Shown here one piece after another: positions 9,040 to 17,320 of a DNA stretch of 64,000 bases. The notes beneath the pieces were generated by a model. The model had not been told where the DNA came from. It made no database searches and was given only the letters and a program-made list of their open reading frames with translations. The stretch covers positions 94,740 to 158,739 of the forward strand of contig BTVI01000001.1 of assembly GCA_045862955.1 (NCBI GenBank), read 5' to 3'. Position numbers and translations under genes: made by a program. Every line of letters starts with the position of its first letter. Within the stretch, counting starts at the first letter, position 1. The stretch comes from Fimbriimonadales bacterium (GTDB lineage Bacteria; Armatimonadota; Fimbriimonadia; Fimbriimonadales; JABRVX01).

Positions 9040-10800
9040 CTATTTCCCCGGCGAAGGGGGCGGCGGCGGCTCGTCAACCGGAGTGAACTCCCATGGCTCA
9101 GAGAAAACGAACCGATTGCCATTCTTATCCGGCACAGGTCCGGGCGAGTCGTTCAGGTTTCGTGCACCCACCCTCCAGTAGAGCCGCTGGGCTCCAGGGA
9201 ACAATCCGCGAATGTCGAGCGTGTCACTACTCAGTATCCCGCTCTGCTGGGTCGTCGGCAGGAAGAACACGTTGCGCACCGCTGTTCCTCGAGGGAACGT
9301 AAGGTCGCGCGATACCTGCACCACGTAGTAGTTAGCGCCGGGCACCGCTCGCCACGAGAAGCGAACGCTCTTCAAGTTCACGCTTTCCGACCCATTGACC
9401 GGCTGTTCGAGCCCCACCTGTTCTAGGACGGTAGCCGTGCCGCGGGCGTTCACCGGATCGCTCTCGAAGAAGCAGTCCGTCTGCTGGTCTCCTCCACCAC
9501 CGGGAAGGTCAATAGACTTTACGCGGTAGACCAGCGAGAGCGAGTAGTTGTAGGTGCGCCCCGGGACCAGGGCCACTTCCGTCCCTTCCTCAGTGCCAGG
9601 GTCCTCGATGCAGTCGGTACCGGGGCCGATTAGCTCGATCTGGCGCCAGTTGAATGCGAGTGGCGCGGTGTCGTCAATGAAGAAGTTCTCGGTTCCGAGC
9701 ACTACACCGATGGGCGCGTTCGCCACGTCGTTCCGCCAGATATGCCACTCTACACGGGTGTAGTTTGCGATTGCGAAGAGGTTCGGGTTCCAACTAACCT
9801 TCACACCCGACCCCCGAGCGGGGTCGAATATGGCTTCCGTCGTGAGGTCGTTGGTCGCCGTATTGCTCCCGCCTCCTCCCGGACCCGTGATGAGAGCCAG
9901 GACGAGCCCGACCACGAGCGCGGTTACGAAAATATTGCCGAGGTTCCTCTGTTTCGGTGCCCCTCGGATCACCTTGGTTCCGACAATCTTGAGTTCCTCG
10001 ACGGGGAAGATGGCCCTAGCTTTGTCCCCTGGCCGAACACCTTTCGTGCTTTCGACCACGGCGGCTTCGGCATCATCGGCGGAGACTTCGATGACCTTGA
10101 TAGTAGCCACATAGTCACCGTAGCGGAGGACGAGCATCTCCATGCCGGGGCGGATGCCTTCGCGCGCACCCTTATTCATCAAGACTTTCTGGGGGTTCGC
10201 GAACAGGATGGTAGCATCCGGGATTTTCAAGCTAGAGATCGTGGTGACGGCCTCGAGGGCGGCAAGTTGGATGGCCTCTTGCACGAGAGCGTCTTCGCCA
10301 CCGGTCATTCCGACCCGGCCCGTGCTTTCACCGACCACGCCACTGGCGCCACGAATAGCCCTACCCGACGCGGAGTCGTACACGTACACACTCATCACGA
10401 CGCGCGCCCTGAGGGGGTTCTTCGTGATCAGTACTTGGTCCACGGTGCCAGACACGATGGCCTCGCACTGCAACTCCTGCCCGATCTTCAGGTACTTCAG
10501 ACGATCGAGCGGAGGCGCCATGCCCAGGTCTTTGAGCGTCTGGTCCACGGTGTTCTTTGGCAGCACGTCGTATCGCTGGCTCTTGCTCAGCTCGATGCGG
10601 ACGCTGTCGGTTGCCATGGCTGCGGTCGCTGCGCCGCCGTAGTCGGATCGGTTCACGAACTCGACCACTGCCCAGCTGGGTAGCTCGACCTGCGCCTGCG
10701 CTCGTCCGGCGGAGAACCCCTGGTAGCAAGTCAGGAGCATGCTTACCACAAGCACTCGGCTGATAGTGCGCGCCAATGGCGTATTGATGAAACGTCTCAC
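9040..10800 (-). CDS. bitopic membrane protein: N-terminal CsgG/LpoB-like domain, central TM helix, C-terminal FN3-like domains, Pro-rich tail
   Basis: GTG start with GGAGGAG 7 nt upstream. Motifs WAVVEFVNRSDYGG..ATDSVRIELSKSQRYDVLPKNTVDQTLKDLG..IGQELQCEAIVSGTV fit the CsgG/LpoB/FlgO pattern. TM helix NIFVTALVVGLVLALITGPGGGG. After the helix come beta-rich repeats (VKVSWNP..; VRFSWRAVPGANYYVVQVSRD..YWRVGARN). Tail is PPPPPSPGK. Confidence 0.6.
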   Translation of the reverse strand: MRRFINTPLARTISRVLVVSMLLTCYQGFSAGRAQAQVELPSWAVVEFVNRSDYGGAATAAMATDSVRIELSKSQRYDVLPKNTVDQTLKDLGMAPPLDRLKYLKIGQELQCEAIVSGTVDQVLITKNPLRARVVMSVYVYDSASGRAIRGASGVVGESTGRVGMTGGEDALVQEAIQLAALEAVTTISSLKIPDATILFANPQKVLMNKGAREGIRPGMEMLVLRYGDYVATIKVIEVSADDAEAAVVESTKGVRPGDKARAIFPVEELKIVGTKVIRGAPKQRNLGNIFVTALVVGLVLALITGPGGGGSNTATNDLTTEAIFDPARGSGVKVSWNPNLFAIANYTRVEWHIWRNDVANAPIGVVLGTENFFIDDTAPLAFNWRQIELIGPGTDCIEDPGTEEGTEVALVPGRTYNYSLSLVYRVKSIDLPGGGGDQQTDCFFESDPVNARGTATVLEQVGLEQPVNGSESVNLKSVRFSWRAVPGANYYVVQVSRDLTFPRGTAVRNVFFLPTTQQSGILSSDTLDIRGLFPGAQRLYWRVGARNLNDSPGPVPDKNGNRFVFSEPWEFTPVDEPPPPPSPGK

Positions 10801-10852
10801 TTCAGTTTCTCCTCCGTAATCCGGATTCTCATACCGATCCTTGGTGTGCGCC

Positions 10853-13800
10853 TTAGCGCTTCAGCACAACAGGCGTCACGGCGCGAGCGATCTGGCCGTC
10901 TTCGGTCGTGGCTCGCACTTCAATCGTATACATGCCGGGCGGCACGGACACGCCGCGGCCATCTCTCCCATCCCAGGTCACTGACTGCACGCCGGCCGAC
11001 GCTACTAACCGATTGTCGATCACACGCACCGGCTTGCCGGACGGCGCGATCACGGTCACCTGCACGCTCGCCTCGGTCGAAAGAGTGAAGCTGATCGAGG
11101 CGGCACCACTCCGAGTCGCCTGAGCGACGGGGTTGGTGATACGTAGCACTCGATTCGCCGAGATCGACTCGATGCGGAACTTGCGCACTGCACCGTCCGA
11201 AGGCACGAAGCTGTAGGACGAGGTTGACCGCATGAACACACGCTTGCCGGCTTGCTCGTCCACCAGAACGAGGTTCAGATTGCGAGGCAGTTGGCTCATC
11301 GCGGGCCAGCGCAGTGTTGCCTGCGTCCCAGCGCCGCTTGTCTCCACGACGAAATTCCACACTTGTGTTCCGGCGACCGGGCCGCGAACGTCGGAGACAT
11401 ACCTACCCGATCGTGCACCCCAATCCGTGCGAGGTACGTACACACGTACATACTTTTCTTCATCGGAGGGCGGACGCGGGAAGTCGTATCGGCTGTCGAA
11501 GCCGTCCGTCGCGCTGTTCGACACCCCGATGAACGCTGCCGTATCCTGAAGCCCCGTCTCTGTGTAGACGTGGATGGGCAGACGCCACCCATCGCTTAAG
11601 CGTGACCAATCCGACCCGTCGGGTCCGTATGCCCTTCCGTCACCACCTGGTGCAGAGCCACCAGACGGATCCACTAGCAACGTTACGTCCTCATAGGCCA
11701 GGAACCATGCACCCTGATACTGTCCGAGTGTTAGGCTCTCGTCCTTCACCAGGAAGCCAGACTGCATCTTCCAGATGATAGGCACTACCCAACCGGCAGC
11801 CACTGCCTCGTTATATCCGAGCACTCCTCCCGGCCCACTGACGAAGCTGTTACCCAGCCGCACATCGAACTGGAACGGATCGCCGATGAGGTTCCACCCG
11901 GCCTTGATAGCGATTGGATAGATGTTATTCGGGTCGGCCGGCGTGCCTGGCGTCGTGAGCGCCATGTTCGTGTCGTTAGATAGGAAGTAGCCTCGGCCTA
12001 GGCGGAACCGGTCTGCCGGTGCCATTGGGTAGTTGAGGAACAGCTGCCTGTCCACGTCCCAAGCCGTCAGCTTGAAGTTGGGCCCGCCATTGAGCAACTG
12101 CTTCGGGTCTTCGGTCAGGTAGTTGAACGGAACCGAGATCAGGTTAGTAAACCGAGCGAAGTTGGCCAGCGGCGTCAGAATGATGTCGTCAGCGTACTTC
12201 GGCAAGCCGTCCGGCGGGGTATCGCCGTCCGGTACCGTCACGGTGATAGGCGCCGGCGGCCGGAATCCGGTCCCAGTGGTATCCACATGCACCGTGTACG
12301 CATTGATGTTATCACCGAGCTTGCAGCCAGGCGCGGCGAACTCGTAGTTGTAGACGTTGCCGCCCGAGGTGATCGGGGGCGAGAACGTCACCGTGTTGCA
12401 CACCGTCACGTTGTTCAGCTTAACCAGCACGGGCAGACCAGCGGGTGCGGCCTCGTAGCTGCTACCGCTGAGTCTCGTCTTCACGTAGCCGCGGAGTGTG
12501 CGAGGCGCAACTGGCGACAACTGAACGTCCTGTGTGATGGTGAACCCTGACGGCACATTCACCGAGATATCGTTGCGGGTCCGGAATCCGAACGCCGACA
12601 CCACTAGAGTGTAGTTGCCTGCGGGAAGGTCTATGCCGCTCGCCGCGAAGTCGTACTGACCATTCGCGTCGCTCAGCACGGGACCATACGTGACTTGCTG
12701 CCCGAAGCGCGTGATGCGTGCGTTGAGCTGTGCACCAGGGATGACTGGGTTTCCAGCTTCTGTCGAAGTCACGGTCCCTATGAGGTTCCCAGGCGGTCTA
12801 AAAATGATGAACGTGTCGGAGCCGGGTGGGTCCGGGTTGCCGGTATTGATTGTGGTCGTCACCCCGGCATCCACCACTACCGTAGCGGATGGCGGCTGGC
12901 TGGTATCCGAGAATCCAATGGCGGTACCATCTACCGTCACCGTCCAGTTGCCGCGGTTGCAAGTGATCAAGAAGCGACCCTCGCTGTTCGTGAGACCAGA
13001 GACAGGCGGAATGGTCGGGAAGTCCGATGTCAGTGTGACCGTAACGTTGCCCACTGGCGAGCCGTTCTCGTCGACGACGCGGCCGGTAACGGAACCCGGC
13101 GGCTCCTTTGTAATGATCAGGTTGATAGTATTAGCATCTTCCTTGTTGACCTGTCCACCGTGGATGCCCAGGATCACTTCGGGGTGCTGAATGCGGAAGC
13201 CGGGCTTAACCGCATCTACGAAGTAGTGACCCGGCAGCAGGCCGGTGATCACATACTCACCATTGGAGTCTGTTAGGGCCGCTCCCAGAACTTGGCCTAC
13301 CGTCGTCGGATCCTTTCCATTGCCACTGATCCAGCGCACCAGGACGCCGGGCTCGGGCTTCTTCTCCAAAGTATCCGGGTCGATCGCCTCGACCTTGCCA
13401 TACGCGCGGGCCGTTCTCATCCAGCAGAGCATGCCGTGGAGCTGCTCATAGCGCCGACTGTCCGACCAGGCCACGTCCCCATACAGCGGTACCGTAATGA
13501 CGCGGTGCGAGGAGTGCACGCCCTCCAATCCGTAGGACAGGAAGACCGTCTTCGCCCGCGATGCATGGGTAGCAGCTACCGAAGCGAACCCACCCGACGC
13601 ATATCGGTATGGTCGCCACACCGACGGAATCGAGATCGTACCGACTGCGTTGATCGAATCGATCCAGAGCTGATTCCACGCACCGTCAATGGTGACCGAC
13701 CCGGCAACTAACACACCCGGAGTCTGGAGCTGCAGACCGAAGGGGGTCTTCACTAACTGCGCAGGATCGGCCAAGAAGTTCTGCGTGGACCAATCGTCCA

Positions 13801-16546
13801 GCTCGCCATCGGGCCTAGGCCAGTGGTAGTCCCATGGTCCGAGGACAACTGGGTCACCCGGTCCACCTTCCACGACGTCGCCGGAGTCGATCAACCGATG
13901 GCGTGAGGCGTTATAAGTGCCCACTTGGATATCCGGTCCGACGTCGTCCACATACTGCACTTTGAAGTAGTTGGTCAGGAAGGTGCTGGGTATCTGACCA
14001 CCCTGTGTTAGTGCCCAGGCTATATCCTGGCCACTAAGGACGAGACGGCCTCCCGCATCGAGATACTGCTGAACGACCTGTCGCACCTCTTGTATGTGGA
14101 TACCGACGCGCTCGGTCCACAGGTCCCCCGCGTATGGTGCCGCCCACACTACCGCGCGTTCCGCCACCAGCACTTGGCGGGTCTGCAGCGGGTTGTTCGG
14201 ATCCACCTGTTGATCGAGTCGTGGCAGGTACTGCGCAAGGGCGGTCAGCGGGATGGGACCCCGGCACTGAGTTCGCCAGATGTCGGCTTCTTGATAAACG
14301 GCGGTCGGGCCGAGGGTGTCGAGCGTCTCGCCCGTTCTGGGGTACGGCTCACCCCATGGGGCAGGCAGATAGAACTTGTCGCGAACGCCAGCCGTGGTAT
14401 AGAACCATGCGTTCTCTCCATGCGTGGCGGGGTTGCGCAACCAATAGCTTTCTACCGGTGCCCATGTCGTACGTGCGAACAGGCGGCCGAGCAGCGGATC
14501 GAAGTTCAGGTCTTGCGCGAAGAGCTGACCTGCTATGTAGTCCGCAACGAACAGGATCGGGTTTCTAGCAGCGAAGAGCTGCGTAGTAAAACCGGAGATG
14601 TTGTCGTAAACGAGCTGATTGCCTGCGACGTCCTCTACGAGCAGGTCGAGGTAGAAATCGCTCGGCTGCAGGGGTGTCACCCATGTGTTCGTGTACCAGT
14701 TGTCTCCTGCAACCTCACCTTCCGGCTCGTGGCCCCCTTCGCTAACCGGTCCGTCGTCGAAAAGCTGGAGGCCGTCTCTCAGATCGGATTCCCCCACCGT
14801 GCCGACGAACAGTACCCAAGGGAAGGCATAGTTGTAGGTATATGGATTCACTACCTCTTGCCCGATCTCGACGAACAGGTCCATCTTTTGGCCGGTTGCC
14901 GGGAAGGCACGTTGGCCGAACGGATCCGGCAGGTCTCCGCGGAGCTTGAGGTAAAGGCGATGCTCAACGCCTTCGCTGTCCACCTCGGCGCCGTCCGGGT
15001 CCTTGAACTGAGCGTACACGTGCTTGACGCCGGTCTGGAGGTCGGTGACCCACGCTTTGATTTTGATCGGTTGCCCAGGCATGCCCTCGCGTGGTTCGAC
15101 GATGGGCAACACCTCGAGCATGGGCGGCGACGAGTCCACGAAGAGCCCGATCCAAAGGTCATGGAATCCGTCTTTCTGATTCACGGGTGGGTTCGGCCTG
15201 TCCGAAACATAGACTAGCCAGTTGAGGCGGAATGCCTCCGTCGGATCCGTCGCACCCTGCTTACCAGTGGTATCTCCCGCGGGGTCCGCCGTGTAGGCGA
15301 TTGGGGTATTGAGCGCGTTGTCCTCAGGGACCTCGGGGCTGAACTGATAGATATCGTAGCTGTTACCAACGCTGTTAGCCGCCACACGGATGCTCAGCTT
15401 CCCGTCATACCGAGCTTTGCGCGTAGAAGCGAAGAGGATTCGTGCGCCATCGCTCCGCCAGACGGGGTCGCGGTCTTTGGAGGGCGTGCCACCAGACTGG
15501 AAGTTGGTCCAAGGCATCGCACCATCCAACGGCATTCCCAACACGTACATGTACAAGCGCTCACCGGTGGCTGTGCGGCGCGTGAAGATGATGCGCGAGC
15601 CGTCAGGCGACCAGTCGGGGTCCACGTCATCCGCACCCGGGGGTGGCTCGGTTAGCTGCCGGGTGAAGGCCCCGTCCGGATAGGGCGAGCCGTCCGCCCG
15701 AGAGCGATAGAGTTTGTACGGCCCACCGGTTGCAAGCCGGGCCGCAAACACCACCTCGGTCCCTCCGGGGGAGAAGGCAGGGTGGATGCTGTCGCCGAGG
15801 GGGCGCACCGGATCGTAGTTCACTCGGATTGGAGGGACGTTGGTGCTGAGATATCGGACGTAGATATCGAAGTTACCCGACCCGACCGTGCTGCGCCGCG
15901 AGTACACGATAGCATTCGAGGCCAAGTTGCTGTCTGGATAGCGCTGCTCGCCGAAGCGTTCCTCCGGTAGGTTCGGATCATTGCCCGTAATCTGCTGCGC
16001 GTTCAGCCCCTCCATATCACATCGCCAGATATGGTACGCCTGGTTTACACCGTCCCACACGAGACGCCCGGTCGAATCGACGCCGCTCGCATTCGAGGAG
16101 AACCAAAGACGTGTATCGCCCTGGGCAAACTTGGGCTCTAGAACGTCGGCGGCAGTCAGCGTGATGTCTCGGTCTTGAGGCGGGCCGCCTCGGGTAGTGC
16201 CTTGCCACCGTGCGGCGAGGCTCTCCTTCGAGAATGGCAGATGCCTGGCGATCTCGAACGGGGTCTGTATTACCGGGAAGGTGACCACGTTCTTCTCCGG
16301 CACCCCCGGAATACGCTCCACCGACTGCGCTGGAGGAAGTTCCTTCCGATACTGTTTCGTTCGGACGAGACCGCTCCGGTCGGCGAGCTTCGCTGCGTCC
16401 CCGGGCGGGGGAGGGGTCTGCGAGAAAGATGAACCAGGAGAAGCGAATAAGAGCGCGGCGCTGAGAATAACGCCAACCACCGTAGCGCCTTTAGGTTTCA
16501 CTGGGCACTCGACCTCCTCAATCACCGTCGCCGGTAACGCCTCCAT
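10853..16546 (-). CDS. giant (1897 aa) secreted multidomain protein: TolB-like PD40 beta-propeller, unassigned central region, CarboxypepD_reg-like repeats, conserved C-terminal module
   Basis: PD40 motifs FSPGGTEVVFAA, DWSPDGSRIIFT and PVWRSDGARILFAS. CarboxypepD_reg-like repeats such as VTGRVVDENGSPVGNVTVTLTS..SEGRFLI. The last ~437 aa (10853..12166) are the shared module ending PPGMYTIEV..VVLKR. Alternative start GTG at 16501 lies 11 nt after GAGGAGG and directly before the hydrophobic signal segment. Confidence 0.8.
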   Translation of the reverse strand: MEALPATVIEEVECPVKPKGATVVGVILSAALLFASPGSSFSQTPPPPGDAAKLADRSGLVRTKQYRKELPPAQSVERIPGVPEKNVVTFPVIQTPFEIARHLPFSKESLAARWQGTTRGGPPQDRDITLTAADVLEPKFAQGDTRLWFSSNASGVDSTGRLVWDGVNQAYHIWRCDMEGLNAQQITGNDPNLPEERFGEQRYPDSNLASNAIVYSRRSTVGSGNFDIYVRYLSTNVPPIRVNYDPVRPLGDSIHPAFSPGGTEVVFAARLATGGPYKLYRSRADGSPYPDGAFTRQLTEPPPGADDVDPDWSPDGSRIIFTRRTATGERLYMYVLGMPLDGAMPWTNFQSGGTPSKDRDPVWRSDGARILFASTRKARYDGKLSIRVAANSVGNSYDIYQFSPEVPEDNALNTPIAYTADPAGDTTGKQGATDPTEAFRLNWLVYVSDRPNPPVNQKDGFHDLWIGLFVDSSPPMLEVLPIVEPREGMPGQPIKIKAWVTDLQTGVKHVYAQFKDPDGAEVDSEGVEHRLYLKLRGDLPDPFGQRAFPATGQKMDLFVEIGQEVVNPYTYNYAFPWVLFVGTVGESDLRDGLQLFDDGPVSEGGHEPEGEVAGDNWYTNTWVTPLQPSDFYLDLLVEDVAGNQLVYDNISGFTTQLFAARNPILFVADYIAGQLFAQDLNFDPLLGRLFARTTWAPVESYWLRNPATHGENAWFYTTAGVRDKFYLPAPWGEPYPRTGETLDTLGPTAVYQEADIWRTQCRGPIPLTALAQYLPRLDQQVDPNNPLQTRQVLVAERAVVWAAPYAGDLWTERVGIHIQEVRQVVQQYLDAGGRLVLSGQDIAWALTQGGQIPSTFLTNYFKVQYVDDVGPDIQVGTYNASRHRLIDSGDVVEGGPGDPVVLGPWDYHWPRPDGELDDWSTQNFLADPAQLVKTPFGLQLQTPGVLVAGSVTIDGAWNQLWIDSINAVGTISIPSVWRPYRYASGGFASVAATHASRAKTVFLSYGLEGVHSSHRVITVPLYGDVAWSDSRRYEQLHGMLCWMRTARAYGKVEAIDPDTLEKKPEPGVLVRWISGNGKDPTTVGQVLGAALTDSNGEYVITGLLPGHYFVDAVKPGFRIQHPEVILGIHGGQVNKEDANTINLIITKEPPGSVTGRVVDENGSPVGNVTVTLTSDFPTIPPVSGLTNSEGRFLITCNRGNWTVTVDGTAIGFSDTSQPPSATVVVDAGVTTTINTGNPDPPGSDTFIIFRPPGNLIGTVTSTEAGNPVIPGAQLNARITRFGQQVTYGPVLSDANGQYDFAASGIDLPAGNYTLVVSAFGFRTRNDISVNVPSGFTITQDVQLSPVAPRTLRGYVKTRLSGSSYEAAPAGLPVLVKLNNVTVCNTVTFSPPITSGGNVYNYEFAAPGCKLGDNINAYTVHVDTTGTGFRPPAPITVTVPDGDTPPDGLPKYADDIILTPLANFARFTNLISVPFNYLTEDPKQLLNGGPNFKLTAWDVDRQLFLNYPMAPADRFRLGRGYFLSNDTNMALTTPGTPADPNNIYPIAIKAGWNLIGDPFQFDVRLGNSFVSGPGGVLGYNEAVAAGWVVPIIWKMQSGFLVKDESLTLGQYQGAWFLAYEDVTLLVDPSGGSAPGGDGRAYGPDGSDWSRLSDGWRLPIHVYTETGLQDTAAFIGVSNSATDGFDSRYDFPRPPSDEEKYVRVYVPRTDWGARSGRYVSDVRGPVAGTQVWNFVVETSGAGTQATLRWPAMSQLPRNLNLVLVDEQAGKRVFMRSTSSYSFVPSDGAVRKFRIESISANRVLRITNPVAQATRSGAASISFTLSTEASVQVTVIAPSGKPVRVIDNRLVASAGVQSVTWDGRDGRGVSVPPGMYTIEVRATTEDGQIARAVTPVVLKR

Positions 16547-16558
16547 GCGTAACGCGGG

Positions 16559-16587
16559 ATTATAGCATAACCCCTTCTGCGTTGCAC
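16559..16587 (-). promoter_or_regulatory. candidate sigma70-type promoter of the envelope operon (GTGCAA-N17-TATAAT with extended TG)
   Basis: The minus strand reads GTGCAAcgcagaaggggttaTGcTATAAT. The -10 ends 12 nt before ATG 16546. Confidence 0.45.
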
Positions 16588-16606
16588 TTTCGAGGCGGGC
16601 GGCATC

Positions 16607-17320
16607 CTAAACATGGACGCGCGACGTTCTTCGCAGGTTCGCCAGAATCGCCTCCACGCGCTTTCGAACCTTTTCCGGTGGGCGATTCGTCGTCACCACG
16701 AAATCAGCATACGGCCTTCTCTCCGCGTCAGAGAGTTGCGCCGATAGTATTCGACGGGCCAGAACCGCATCTCCTTCCCAGCGTTCCACCAGTCTCCTCA
16801 TCTGCTCGTCTCGTCCGCAACGACACAAGATCACGCGGTCGAACTCACCTTGGACGCCGGCTTCGACGAGCAGTGGGATTTCGAAGCAGTGGACGCCGCC
16901 AGCAGACTGCGCAGACAGCTCTTCGAGCCGAGCCAAGATAGGCCCGTGTAGCAGCGATTCGAGCGTGTGCCGAAGCGCATCGTCCTCGAAGATGCGTCGG
17001 GCGATGAACCGTCGGTCGAGTTCGCCATTCGGCAGCGAAGACCCAGGTCCCACGGCTCTAGCGACTGCCTTTGCCAGCGGACTACCTGCTCGGGTTAGCT
17101 CGCGAGCCACGTCGTCGGCGCTGAATGTGGGCACGCCGAGCTCTGCGAAATAGCCGAGGACAGTGGACTTCCCGGTACAGGCGCCCCCGGTGATCGCCAC
17201 GCGGATCGGAACGCGAGGTTCGGAAGTCTTAGTGCCGCTTAGCGAACGCGAAGCGGCACCAGAGTTCGGTCTTTGCAGCACCCGGCCGGCCGTCCTAGCC
17301 TCGCTAGGAGGGCGTCTCAT
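16607..17320 (-). CDS. coaE: dephospho-CoA kinase
   Basis: P-loop VAITGGACTGKSTV followed by FAELGVPTFSADDVAREL, a CoaE-like layout. The N-terminal ~40 aa are Arg/Ser-rich and overlap the rpsA 3' end by 17 nt, so the true start may be further downstream. Confidence 0.8.
   Translation of the reverse strand: MRRPPSEARTAGRVLQRPNSGAASRSLSGTKTSEPRVPIRVAITGGACTGKSTVLGYFAELGVPTFSADDVARELTRAGSPLAKAVARAVGPGSSLPNGELDRRFIARRIFEDDALRHTLESLLHGPILARLEELSAQSAGGVHCFEIPLLVEAGVQGEFDRVILCRCGRDEQMRRLVERWEGDAVLARRILSAQLSDAERRPYADFVVTTNRPPEKVRKRVEAILANLRRTSRVHV

Noticed and set aside
14090-15217. 375-aa plus-strand ORF, together with other ORFs of 100-400 aa inside 10853..16546, 3274..8991, 19176..20364, 43570..44454, 46827..48387 and 58076..59008
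   Set aside because: All are antisense or alternate frames of genes with strong motif support. They are rich in Arg/Gly/Pro/His and lack SD or promoter context.
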